Shown here: one piece after another, positions 20,599-29,595 of the stretch | Numbering within the stretch: position 1 is the stretch's first letter | Layout: every line of letters starts with the position of its first letter | NCBI GenBank assembly: GCA_963765675.1 | Contig: CAVXXK010000003.1 | Location: 320,001-384,000, forward strand | Length of the DNA: 64,000 bases | Direction of reading: 5' to 3' | Source of the DNA: an uncultured delta proteobacterium | GTDB lineage: Bacteria; Desulfobacterota; Binatia; Binatales; Binataceae | The notes under the pieces: generated by a model | Told to the model about the DNA's origin: nothing | Seen by the model: only the letters and a program-made list of their open reading frames with translations | Database searches by the model: none | Program-made: the position numbers and the translations under genes

Positions 20599-21753
20599 TC
20601 AGTCGAGTCCCCTGAAATACGCGCGGACGTCGTCGGAGAGGAGCTTCGGTTCTTCCATCGCGGCGAAGTGGCCGCCGCGCGGCATCTCGGTCCAGCGCTG
20701 GACATTATATACGCGCTCCGCCCAATGCCGCGGCGGCAAGAGCAATTCGGCGGGAAACAGCGCGACGGCGGTCGGCGCCTCGATTTTGGTGCCGGGCTTG
20801 AGGCGCCACGGATGATGCCGCGCCTCGTAGTACAGCCGCGTCGACGAATTGATCGTCTGCGTGATCCAATACACCATCACGTTGGTCAGCAACTGATCCT
20901 TGCTGAAACGTGATTCGACTTCGCCTTTGCAATCGCTCCAGGTGCGGAACTTCTCGATAATCCACGCTGCCAGTCCCGCCGGTGAGTCATTCAAACCATA
21001 CGCCAAGGTCTGCGGCTTGGTGCCCTGGATCCATTGGTAACCGGTTTCGTGGGTGCGAAACTTTTCCATGTTGCCGAGAAAAACTTTTTCCTCGGGCGTG
21101 AGCTCGACCGCGCTGCGCCCTTCGGCGGGGCCAATCGCGATCATGTTGATGTGGATTCCGTAAAGGCTGCGCGCGTAAACCTCGCCGATGCGCGAGGTCA
21201 CCGCCGCGCCCCAATCACCGCCCTGCACCGCGAAGCGCTTGAACCCCAGCACCTCGGTCATCAGCTTGAAGAAGATATCCGCGATCGCCTGGATATTCAT
21301 CGCGCGGGCGCGCGGATGATCCGAAAATCCATAGCCCGGCAACGAGGGCGCGATAACCGTGAACGAATCTTTCGCGTCGCCGCCGTGCGCGGCCGGGTCG
21401 GTCAGCATCGGGATGATATCCATGAACTCGCAGATCGATCCGGGCCATCCGTGGATCAGCAGCAGCGGTTTCGGATTCGGCCCGCGCCCCGGCTCGTGGA
21501 TGAAATGGATTCCGAGCCCGTCGACGTCGGCGCGAAATTGCGCGAAGCGATTTATCCGCGCCTCGTGCGCACGCCAGTCGTAGCGCGTGCGCCAGTAGTC
21601 CACGACCTCGCGCATGTAGGCGAGGTTCGAGCCGTACTCCCATGCGGTGGCAGGAACTTCATCCGGAAAGCGCGTGCGCTCGAGCCGCGTGCGCAGATCA
21701 GCCAGCACGTCATCAGACACCGCGACCTTGAACGGTTCGACGCTATGTCCCAT
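20599..21753 (-). CDS. Epoxide hydrolase (microsomal/EHN type)
   Basis: EHN N-terminus (YWRTRYDWR), HGWPGS, QGGDWG (Asp nucleophile), DSPAGLAAWI, GGHFAAMEEP. Confidence 0.95.
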   Translation of the reverse strand: MGHSVEPFKVAVSDDVLADLRTRLERTRFPDEVPATAWEYGSNLAYMREVVDYWRTRYDWRAHEARINRFAQFRADVDGLGIHFIHEPGRGPNPKPLLLIHGWPGSICEFMDIIPMLTDPAAHGGDAKDSFTVIAPSLPGYGFSDHPRARAMNIQAIADIFFKLMTEVLGFKRFAVQGGDWGAAVTSRIGEVYARSLYGIHINMIAIGPAEGRSAVELTPEEKVFLGNMEKFRTHETGYQWIQGTKPQTLAYGLNDSPAGLAAWIIEKFRTWSDCKGEVESRFSKDQLLTNVMVYWITQTINSSTRLYYEARHHPWRLKPGTKIEAPTAVALFPAELLLPPRHWAERVYNVQRWTEMPRGGHFAAMEEPKLLSDDVRAYFRGLD

Positions 21754-22436
21754 CAGCCTTCTCCAATGCGTACCGCGCAGTGATCAGAGCAACCCGGCGC
21801 CGTGTCAGCCAGAGTGCTACAGCGAAAAGCGCCGGGGCGTCAAGGCAGGATTGACGCGTCGAAAGGACGGAGCATCCGATCAGAAAACAGGAACGGCGCG
21901 AGAGCAAAGTGTGAGGGCTCGTGGTGCGATTTTGGGCAAGACGATGCCTTGGATTTTTGGATATCGGGCGTTTTGCGGTGGGTTCGTTTGGTATCTTTTT
22001 CGGTGGCTTAAAAAATAAACTCCTTGATTATGCTGGCGTTTTTGTCCGATTGGGTTCGTTTTCGGCGCCTTTTTGGTCATCGATTTTCGGACCACTTCGG
22101 GGCGGCTCTCGAGGGCTCGGGCAGTTAACCGGCAGGCACGCAATCAGGACAGAAAGTGGAGGCAGGACGCTTCCGCTCAAATATTTTAGCACATTGCGGC
22201 CCGGCGAAAAAGTGAACCGTGCAGCCACGAACAAATCGGGCAAAATCTCTAACGATCGTTAGGGAACGTACGTCTCATCGGAGTGGCGCTCAGCGCATCA
22301 GGGGCGACGCTTCGCGTGGGCCGACGGGCCGTCGGCCACCACTGGCAGAAGGGGCAAGAAAACTCGCGTGGGAGGAAAGCGCAGAAGAGAAGAGCGAACG
22401 CGCTGTGCGCTGCCTGTATCAAGTGATCGGCATGCA

Positions 22437-22533
22437 AAGACGGGCGCGTCGCGACGCGCCCCTACAAATCGAATGCGATCGTTCGGACAAGGCTCCCGGT
22501 TTTCGTAGGGGCGGCTCGCGAGGCGCCCGTCTT
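22437..22533. repeat. GTAG-family REP doublet (REPIN)
   Basis: GGGCGCGTCGCGACGCGCCCCTAC (22442-22465) and inverted GTAGGGGCGGCTCGCGAGGCGCCC (22505-22528), with pairing extended by AAGAC/GTCTT. Confidence 0.8.
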
Positions 22534-22608
22534 CGGCGGGTGGCATCTGAAGGAGGTTTCGTGCGATAGGAGCGTAATCATTTTCGCTCAGGTCATGGAG
22601 GAATCACG

Positions 22609-23382
22609 ATGGCAGACGGCAGGCTCGCGGGCCGAGTAGCGGTAATCACCGGCGGAGCTTCGGGAATAGGCAAAGCAACCGCGGAGCTGTTCGCGAAGGA
22701 AGGCGCCAAGGTTGTGATCGGAGACTTGCCGACCAGTGCGGGCGCGAAAGTCGCCGAGAAGATCGGCGCGACGTTCCTCGCGATCGACGTGAGCAAATCC
22801 GAAGACGTCGAGGCACTGGTCAAGACCGCGACCGACAAGCACGGCCGTCTCGACGTGATGTTCAACAACGCGGGAATCGGGATCGGCGCGCCGTTGCTCG
22901 GGACCAGCGCCGAGGATTATCACCGCACCATCCGCATCGACCTCGACGGCGTGTACTGGGGTTTGCAGGCGGCGGGCAAGGTGATGGTGCCGGCCGGGCG
23001 CGGCGCGATCGTCAACACGGCGTCGGTTGCGGGACTGATCGGATCGAGCGGGCTCTCGGCATACAACGCAGCCAAGCACGGCGTGGTCGGACTCACGCGC
23101 AACGCGGCGCTCGAGTTCGCGCCGTTCGGGGTGCGCGTCAACTGTATCTGTCCGGGCGTGATCGAAACGCCGCTGGTGATGGACAATTTCGCGGTGGTCG
23201 AGGGCGCGCGCAAGATGCTCGACAAGATGCATCCGCTAGGCCGGATGGGCCAGCCGCAGGAAGTCGCGAAGGCCGTGTTGTTCCTGGCCTCCGACGACGC
23301 GTCGTTCATCACGGGGCACGCGCTCGCGGTGGACGGCGGGATGATGGCAGGAATCGGCGGCGGCACCGCATTCGATCCGTGA
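22609..23382 (+). CDS. Short-chain dehydrogenase/reductase (classical SDR)
   Basis: TGGASGIG, NNAG and YNAAK motifs; GGAGG RBS. Confidence 0.95.
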   Translation: MADGRLAGRVAVITGGASGIGKATAELFAKEGAKVVIGDLPTSAGAKVAEKIGATFLAIDVSKSEDVEALVKTATDKHGRLDVMFNNAGIGIGAPLLGTSAEDYHRTIRIDLDGVYWGLQAAGKVMVPAGRGAIVNTASVAGLIGSSGLSAYNAAKHGVVGLTRNAALEFAPFGVRVNCICPGVIETPLVMDNFAVVEGARKMLDKMHPLGRMGQPQEVAKAVLFLASDDASFITGHALAVDGGMMAGIGGGTAFDP

Positions 23383-23419
23383 GCTGAGCGATGCGCTCCG
23401 CGAATTCGCGAGAAAAGAG

Positions 23420-23740
23420 CGACCTCTCCCGACGGCTTCGCCGCCACCCTCCCCGCACGGGGAGGGAAATTCGATGCGCACGACCTTCAAATGCGATCGG
23501 CGCAGGTGCTTGGTTCCCCTTCCCGCGCCGGGGCTGTCTATGAACGTCGAGATCTTGTCCGTAATCCTGAACGGAGGTTGCCCCTTTCGGCGTTGCTCAG
23601 GGCAGGCTCTGTGAAGGATCTCCGCGGAGCGATTAGTGCGGAAAACCCTGGCTGATTGAACTAATCGCTTCGCGGAGATCCTTCGCCTACGGCTCAGGAT
23701 GACAACAATAGAAGGCTCGCGAGAAAATCAACAGCCTACG
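23420..23740. repeat. Nested cluster of palindromic repeats / MITE-like element
   Basis: CCCTCCCCGCACGGGGAGGG hairpin (23447-23466); GGCTGT...ACAGCC termini (~23532-23736) enclosing a GT(A/C)ATCCTGA...GAAGGATCT / AGATCCTTC...CTCAGGATGACA doublet, itself interrupted by CCCTTTCGGCGTTGCTCAGGGCAGGCTC (23582-23609). Confidence 0.7.
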
Positions 23741-23779
23741 CACGGGCGTTGTACTTGGAATCTCCCCGGTCTCATACGT

Positions 23780-24229
23780 TTACTTCGGAGCGAGGGCTTG
23801 TTTGACGAGGTCGCTCGCTACTTTGCCGTCGAGTTGGGGACCGAAGCGATCGCGTAATGCTTTCATCACGGCGCCCATCTGGGTTGCGCCGCCCGCGATT
23901 ATCTCGTTCACCGCGGCGCTGACTTCTTCGATCGGTAGCTCGGGCGGCAGGTAGCCCGCGAGGATCTTTGCCTCGGCCTCGTTCTGCTCGATCAGGTCGG
24001 CGCGGTTCGCCTGCTTGGCGAAGCCTAACGCCTCTTCGCGGCGGGCGCGCTCGCGTTTGACGAGCTGCACGATCTCCGCCTCGGTGGCTTCGCGACGAAC
24101 GTCCTTTTCGACCCGCGAGATTTCCGAGAGCAGGCCACGAATCGCCATCATCCGGCGCGTGTCGCGGCTCTTCATCGCGGTCTTCAAATCATCCTGGAGC
24201 TTTTGTTTCACAGTCTCAATTATGTGCAC
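23780..24229 (-). CDS. yqeY: GatB/YqeY domain protein
   Basis: LQDDLKTAMKSRD...RADL...EAKILAGYLP...MGAVMK...DGK. Confidence 0.9.
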   Translation of the reverse strand: MHIIETVKQKLQDDLKTAMKSRDTRRMMAIRGLLSEISRVEKDVRREATEAEIVQLVKRERARREEALGFAKQANRADLIEQNEAEAKILAGYLPPELPIEEVSAAVNEIIAGGATQMGAVMKALRDRFGPQLDGKVASDLVKQALAPK

Positions 24230-24400
24230 GCTTGCGCGGTGCGATGCCAGTTAACCTCTGTCCCGCGACCCGAGCGGGTGAAACGGAGCGTCCATGGTCA
24301 ACTTCACCGCGGCGGTTCCGTCATCGAGGTTGAAACGCGCCGCTCTGACAAATCCCTTCTCTTCCAGGCCACGCCTTCGTTCCGAATGCTCGCGCGGCGG

Positions 24401-24919
24401 CTACTTCTTTGCTCCCGCGGCGGCGACGTCTTCCCACTTGGCCGGTTCCGAGGCGGTGAACTTCGTGCCTTCAACCTTGTAGTTGAAAACCAGCGCCTTT
24501 TTGTTGCCGGTCGCTCTGCCCTTTCCGGCGCCGTTTTTGGCGAGCTTGTATTCGGTGCCGGTCAACTTGGCGATTACGGTAAGGCCGCCGCCCTTGTTGG
24601 TCGGGATATAGCTAAATGTCGCGTGTTCGAGATCGATATACGGCTGCCCCGAGGTCTTCTTGTCACTCTCCTGATCGAGGAACGGATCGGAGTCGGACGC
24701 AACCGCGTCCTGCAGCGCCTTCTGCTGCGCGGAGGTCAGAGGGTTGTGCATCGACGGACCGCGCGCGACCGGCGCTGCGGCCTCGCCGCCACCGCCTCCG
24801 GTGTTCAGTTCCTTCTTGACCTCGATCGCGCCCGCTCTCACCGGAGCCAGCACCGCGCACAGCGCAATTCCCGCGATCGCAAGCTTAAGCGCCGTCAAAA
24901 CTCCTGTCCTGCAAGTCAT
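24401..24919 (-). CDS. Hypothetical secreted protein
   Basis: Signal peptide (LKLAIAGIALCAVLAPVRAGA) followed by a Lys/Gly-rich soluble domain; no recognised family. Confidence 0.7.
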   Translation of the reverse strand: MTCRTGVLTALKLAIAGIALCAVLAPVRAGAIEVKKELNTGGGGGEAAAPVARGPSMHNPLTSAQQKALQDAVASDSDPFLDQESDKKTSGQPYIDLEHATFSYIPTNKGGGLTVIAKLTGTEYKLAKNGAGKGRATGNKKALVFNYKVEGTKFTASEPAKWEDVAAAGAKK

Positions 24920-25019
24920 CGTCGTACCCCCGCTCTGAGCACGGCCCTCCACAAATGGTCCGAAAAGGTTCGGAAAGAAGATTAGCACTTGCGCGGAGAA
25001 TGCAAAGAGCCCGCTCGCG

Positions 25020-25175
25020 GAGAAAAAACACCAAGGCACCGGGCGGCCACAAAGACACGAAGACACAAAGAAGAGGCAAGGCTTCCTTCGGGAAAGCCTC
25101 GCCGCTTTTTCTTCTTAGTGTCTTCGTGTCTTAGTGGCCGCTTGGTTTTTTCTTCCTGGTGCCTTGGTGTTTCTC
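25020..25175. repeat. Nested palindromic repeat, copy 1 (CACCAAGGCACC / CACGAAGACAC type)
   Basis: Outer arms AAACACCAAGGCACC / GGTGCCTTGGTGTTT, inner arms GCGGCCAC-AAGACACGAAGACAC / GTGTCTTCGTGTCTT-GTGGCCGC, central hairpin with TTCG loop. Confidence 0.85.
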
Positions 25176-25176
25176 T

Positions 25177-26043
25177 TCAATTCGAAGCTTCAGTAAGCGC
25201 GAAGCGGATCGGCACGATCACCCAGCTCTCGAATGCGACACCGTCGCGCCGCGCGGGAACGAAACGCCATCGCGAGCGCACCGTCTCGAGCGCCGCATCG
25301 TCGAGGTCGCGGAATCCCGAGCTCGCGATCAGTTCCACTCGCTCGACCGCACCGCTGGCCGCGATGAGAACGTGCAGCGTTACGGTGCCCTGTTCGCCCC
25401 GGCGTCGCGAACGCGAGGGATAGAGAGGAGGAGGATCGGAATCGTAGTCCGCACGGGCAACACTGATACCGCCCGTCCCGTCGCCGATACCAGAACCCAC
25501 GCCGGCGCCGCCGGTATCGCCCTTCCCGCCCGATCCGTCCGCTGACGCGGCGCGATTGGAATTCGCGGCGCCCTCTGAATGATTCGCATCGGATGGCGGC
25601 GGCGCTGCCGTGCTCGAATCTCGATGCGTTGTTTCATCGTCGGTGCGCTCGATCGAGTCCGCCTCGATTGGCCGCTCGGGCGGGGACAAGGATGCGAGCA
25701 GGCGATCCCGCCGACGCGGATGATGCTTTGGGCGCGGAGCGAGGGTTGGGCTTTTCGGGGCGGCCTCTTCGGGCGGCGAGGCTAGTCCGGGATCGAGCCG
25801 TGCGGCTATCGATCCGCCGCCATCGCCGCCGACACCGCGGGCCGCGCCCAGATCGATCACGTAGGCGAGCACCCAATGATGCCCCCGCGGCTCGACGCGT
25901 GCGGCGAGAAATACGATCGCGCAGAGAATCAGAGCATGGGCGGCGATCGATCCCGCGATTGCCGCGAGATGACGCGGCGGCAACGTGTATCCGCGCGCGT
26001 CCGTGCCGCGATTGTCGGTCGATCGATTTGATTCGTGCGCCAC
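25177..26043 (-). CDS. tonB: TonB family energy transducer
   Basis: GTG 26043 with GGGAG RBS; TM anchor with SxxxH (SIAAHALIL); Pro- and Gly-rich linker; C-terminal PLYP..SRRRGEQGTV...SSG...LDDAAL...WRFVPA...VPIRF. Confidence 0.92.
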   Translation of the reverse strand: MAHESNRSTDNRGTDARGYTLPPRHLAAIAGSIAAHALILCAIVFLAARVEPRGHHWVLAYVIDLGAARGVGGDGGGSIAARLDPGLASPPEEAAPKSPTLAPRPKHHPRRRDRLLASLSPPERPIEADSIERTDDETTHRDSSTAAPPPSDANHSEGAANSNRAASADGSGGKGDTGGAGVGSGIGDGTGGISVARADYDSDPPPLYPSRSRRRGEQGTVTLHVLIAASGAVERVELIASSGFRDLDDAALETVRSRWRFVPARRDGVAFESWVIVPIRFALTEASN

Positions 26044-26164
26044 GATGCTCCCGACGCACCTTGCGATGAAACGTGCGTCAGGAGCGGGCGCGCCTGCCTG
26101 AAGACAACTGGGGCGCGCGGCGCCTGAAGCCTCCCTCACCCGCGAAGGTCGTAACGGCTCCGTC

Positions 26165-26261
26165 GATTCGTCCGGTAGTCTGGCTCGGCGTCGCGTGCTC
26201 GCGAGTCGCCTCACAGTTGCGGGGCAGCGCCGGTCTTCCACCGGCTTTCCCGACACGAATC
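26165..26261 (-). ncRNA. Cobalamin riboswitch (compact form)
   Basis: Minus strand reads GATTCGT-GTC-GGGAAA-GCCGGTGGAAGACCGGCG-CTGCCCCGCAACTGTGA-[short hairpin]-GAGCCAGA-CTACCGG-ACGAATC, i.e. conserved core and B12 box closed by GATTCGT/ACGAATC; lies upstream of tonB. Confidence 0.9.
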
Positions 26262-26268
26262 AGATGTG

Positions 26269-26296
26269 AGCCTACCCGCACGCGCAGCAGAGTCAA
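26269..26296 (-). promoter_or_regulatory. Sigma70-type promoter candidate for the riboswitch-tonB transcript
   Basis: TTGACT-N16-TAGGCT ending 7 nt before the riboswitch closing helix. Confidence 0.55.
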
Positions 26297-26308
26297 GCGC
26301 GGCAGCAG

Positions 26309-26498
26309 GAGAAGAAAACACCAAGGCACCAGGCGGCCACAAAGACGAAGAAGAAAAACCAAGCGGCCACTAAGACACGAAGACACAAAGAAGAGGCGAG
26401 GCTTTCCTTCGGGAAAGCCTCGCCGTTTTTTCTTCTTAGTGTCTTGGTGTCTTTGTGGCCGGTTGTTCTTTTTCTTTTGGTGCCTTGGTGTTTCTCTC
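26309..26498. repeat. Nested palindromic repeat, copy 2 (direct repeat of 25020-25175)
   Basis: Same arms and near-identical core (CACGAAGACACAAAGAAGAGGC...TTCGGGAAAGCCTCGCCG...CTTCTTAGTGTCTT) in the same orientation, with an extra partial arm. Confidence 0.85.
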
Positions 26499-26547
26499 AT
26501 TTGACATGGTGCGCTGTTCCGCGCTATGAGCTAGAATTCAGAATATG

Positions 26548-26564
26548 AATGATGCTTCATCATT
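26548..26564. promoter_or_regulatory. Operator palindrome upstream of the TetR operon
   Basis: AATGATG-CTT-CATCATT within an AT-rich stretch; TTGACA at 26501-26506. Confidence 0.55.
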
Positions 26565-26582
26565 GACGCCGAGGCCTTGGCG

Positions 26583-27389
26583 ATGAGCGTGCGCGAGCGG
26601 CATCGGCGCGAACGCGAGGCGCGCGGCCAGGCGATTCTGGCGGCGGCGGCGCGGGTTTTCGCGCGGCACGGACTCGAAGGCGCGACGATCGAGATGGTTG
26701 CGCGCGAGGCCGAGGTCGCCGTCGGCACGATCTATCTCTATTTCGCATCGCGCGACGACCTGTATCTGACGCTGGTGGCTGAGCGCGGCGAAAGCCTGCG
26801 CGCTCGCTACGCCGAGATTCATGCCAAGGCGCTCAGTCCGCTGAAAGAGCTATACGAGATCGCGGCCGCCTATCTCGACTATCTGCGCGAATCGCGCGAG
26901 CTGTTCATCTCGCAGCAATCGGTCAGCTACGCGCAGCTCGAAACGCGCCTCAGGCGGCCCTCTGAGCTGCGCCATTTCCGGCGCGTGATAGCGCAGGGAC
27001 ACGAGGTGTTCGCGCTGTACGAGAAGACTATTCGACGCGTGGTCGAAGCCGGCCTGATCGCGCATCCGATGGGCGTGACGCGCACCGCCGCGATTATATG
27101 GGCGACGCTCAACGGCGCCTTCATGCTGATGGGCAATGACAGCTTTTTCCGCGACGTTACCGGGCTCTCGACCGAGCACTTTATCGAGGAAGCGCTCGAG
27201 TCTCATCTCGCCGGCGGGAATCACAATGGTGTCGCGCGCACCGGCGAGCCTTCGACCGAGCGCAAATCAAAGTCTGTGGGAGCGGCTCGCAACGGCGGCG
27301 CCAGAAATATAACGCAGCGAAATCTAAAGGAACGAAATATTAAAGATCGGGTCTTGGACGAGACCGATGCGGTCGCCTCCGCCTCGTAA
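26583..27389 (+). CDS. TetR/AcrR family transcriptional regulator
   Basis: ILAAAARVFARHG...TIEMVAREAEVAVGTIYLYF HTH; disordered C-terminal tail. Confidence 0.93.
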   Translation: MSVRERHRREREARGQAILAAAARVFARHGLEGATIEMVAREAEVAVGTIYLYFASRDDLYLTLVAERGESLRARYAEIHAKALSPLKELYEIAAAYLDYLRESRELFISQQSVSYAQLETRLRRPSELRHFRRVIAQGHEVFALYEKTIRRVVEAGLIAHPMGVTRTAAIIWATLNGAFMLMGNDSFFRDVTGLSTEHFIEEALESHLAGGNHNGVARTGEPSTERKSKSVGAARNGGARNITQRNLKERNIKDRVLDETDAVASAS

Positions 27390-27419
27390 GCGCGCGGCGA
27401 ACGCCAAGGAGAAAAGCTC

Positions 27420-28724
27420 ATGAAGTTTACGTGGTTCCATCTGATGCCCTACCGGTTCCTGCCGGAAGACTTCAAGGACAAGTACCGCAGCGTGTGGGTC
27501 GATATCCCGCGCAACCTGTACGATCCGAAGGTCGGGCACAAGCTCTACAACGACTATCTCGATCAGCTCGAATACGCCGACAGCATGGGCTTCGACGCGC
27601 TCGGCGTGAACGAGCATCATCAGAACGGCTACGGGATGATGCCGTCGCCGAACATCATGGCGGCGACGCTGACGCGGCGCACCAGGAACGCCAACCTGGT
27701 GGTGCTGGGCAACTCGATCGCGCTGTACAATCCGCCGGTTCGCGTCGCGGAGGAATTCGCGATGCTCGACGTGATGTCGGGTGGGCGACTGGTCGCGGGT
27801 TTTCCGGTCGGCACTTCGATGGACGACAATTTCTGCTACGGCGTGATTCCCGCGCAACTGCGCGAGCGCTATTACGAAGCGCACGATTTGATCGTGAAGG
27901 CATGGAAAGAGAAGGACATCTTCTCCTTCAACGGCAAATACACCAAGCTGCGCTACGTCAATCTGTGGCCCCGGCCCGTCCAGCAGCCGCATCCCCCGAT
28001 CTGGATTCCAGGCGGCGGCTCGGTCGAGACCTGGGACTTCTGCGCCAATCACGACTACCAGTACAGCTTCCTGTCGTACTTCGGATATCTGGCGGGCAAG
28101 AAAGTCGCCGACGGCTACTGGGACGTGATGGCGAAGAAGGGCAAGGAGCTCAATCCCTACTCGATGGGCTTCGCGCAGATCGTCGCGGTCTCGGAGACCG
28201 ACGAGCAGGCGGAGAAGGACTACGCTCCGCACATGGATTACTTCTTCAACCGATGCCTGCACGTCTATGACGGATTCGCCGACGCGCCGGGCTATCGCAC
28301 CGTTAAGACGATCAAGGCCGGAATCCTTGGACAGGTCGGCGACCGCGCCGCGATGGTGCGGCAGGACCTCAAGTGGAAGGACTTTGTCGAGCAGGGCTAC
28401 GTGATCGCGGGATCGCCCAAGACCGTGCGCGAGCGGCTGCGCGAAGCGATGAAGCATATCCATTGCGGCCATCTGATGACGCTGATGCAGATCGGCTCGA
28501 TGCCGCCGGAGCTGGTGCGCAAGAACACCAGCCTGTTCGCGACCGAGGTTGCGCCCTACGTGCGCGACCTGTGGAGCGAGTACGAGGACAAATGGTCGCC
28601 CAAGCGGATGCCGCAGGACGAAATCGCGACTCCGGCCACGGTCCATTTTGATTCCAAACCGACCAACGGCGCGGCCAAACGTCCCGTGGCTGCATCCCAT
28701 GCGGAGGCGCGCAGCGCGAAATGA
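27420..28724 (+). CDS. LLM-class (luciferase-like) flavin-dependent monooxygenase
   Basis: NEHHQ, PVRVAEEFAMLD..SGGRL..G, PRPVQQPHPPIW, GSP motifs. Confidence 0.93.
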   Translation: MKFTWFHLMPYRFLPEDFKDKYRSVWVDIPRNLYDPKVGHKLYNDYLDQLEYADSMGFDALGVNEHHQNGYGMMPSPNIMAATLTRRTRNANLVVLGNSIALYNPPVRVAEEFAMLDVMSGGRLVAGFPVGTSMDDNFCYGVIPAQLRERYYEAHDLIVKAWKEKDIFSFNGKYTKLRYVNLWPRPVQQPHPPIWIPGGGSVETWDFCANHDYQYSFLSYFGYLAGKKVADGYWDVMAKKGKELNPYSMGFAQIVAVSETDEQAEKDYAPHMDYFFNRCLHVYDGFADAPGYRTVKTIKAGILGQVGDRAAMVRQDLKWKDFVEQGYVIAGSPKTVRERLREAMKHIHCGHLMTLMQIGSMPPELVRKNTSLFATEVAPYVRDLWSEYEDKWSPKRMPQDEIATPATVHFDSKPTNGAAKRPVAASHAEARSAK

Positions 28725-29506
28725 TTACGACTCATCAAAGCCAAGGCGGCAAATACTCGATCGAGCTGCATACGTACGGCAGCGGCGGCGAGCCGCTCCT
28801 GTTCCTGCACGGCGCCGGCGGGCTGATGCCGCAGGAGCCGTTCCTCGAAGAGCTCGGACGCGACTTCAAGGTCTATGCGCCCCACTTCCCCGGCTACGGC
28901 GAATCGACAGGGACCGAGTATATCGACGACGTCTCGGACGCGTCGCTGTTCTATCACGAGCTGATGGACGAGCTGAAAATTCCGCAAGCCAATATCCTGG
29001 GCCATTCGATGGGCGGGATGCTGGCGGCGGAACTGGTGGCGCTCGATCCGCATCGCGCAAAAAAGCTGGTGCTGGCCTGCCCTGCCGGCTTCTGGATCCA
29101 GGAGCATCCGATACCTGACTTCTTTGCCGCGCCGCTGAACGAGATCGCAGGACTGCTGTTTCACGATCCGAACTCGCCGGCGGCGAAAATGATGACGGCG
29201 ATTCCAGAAGACTTCAAAGCGCTCGAAGTCATGTACGTCGAACGCGTGAAGCGGCTGGCGACCGCAGGAAAGTTCCTGTGGCCGATTCCGGATCGCGGAC
29301 TCTCCAAGCGCGCCTACCGAATCAAGGTGCCGACGCTGCTGGTGTGGGGCGAGTCCGACAAGCTAATTCCTCCGGTCTATGCAAAAGAGTTCACCAGCCG
29401 TATCAAGGGTGCGAAACTCGAAACGATCAAGCAGGCCGGGCACATGCTGATGTACGAGCAGCAACCGGCGTTCGTAAAAGCGGTGCGCGACTTCCTGAAA
29501 TCCTGA
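28721..29506 (+). CDS. Alpha/beta hydrolase (Ser nucleophile)
   Basis: LHGAGG, GHSMGG, WGESD and AGH motifs; ATGA overlap with the LLM gene. Confidence 0.92.
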   Translation: MITTHQSQGGKYSIELHTYGSGGEPLLFLHGAGGLMPQEPFLEELGRDFKVYAPHFPGYGESTGTEYIDDVSDASLFYHELMDELKIPQANILGHSMGGMLAAELVALDPHRAKKLVLACPAGFWIQEHPIPDFFAAPLNEIAGLLFHDPNSPAAKMMTAIPEDFKALEVMYVERVKRLATAGKFLWPIPDRGLSKRAYRIKVPTLLVWGESDKLIPPVYAKEFTSRIKGAKLETIKQAGHMLMYEQQPAFVKAVRDFLKS

Positions 29507-29532
29507 TCGCGCACAATCTCGAGGCTCATCTG

Positions 29533-29574
29533 ATCGCGGCCGCGGCGTGAACTTGCCGCGGCCGCGATGCTTTT
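29533..29574 (+). terminator. Probable intrinsic terminator after the TetR-LLM-hydrolase operon
   Basis: 14-bp stem ATCGCGGCCGCGGC/GCCGCGGCCGCGAT followed by GCTTTT. Confidence 0.6.
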
Positions 29575-29595
29575 GCGCGACTGCATTTCGTTTTC

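Noticed and set aside
25020-26498. CRISPR array or small proteins encoded by the CACGAAGA repeats
   Set aside because: Only two long palindromic copies, no repeat-spacer periodicity, no cas genes; overlapping ORFs are low-complexity translations of the repeat.
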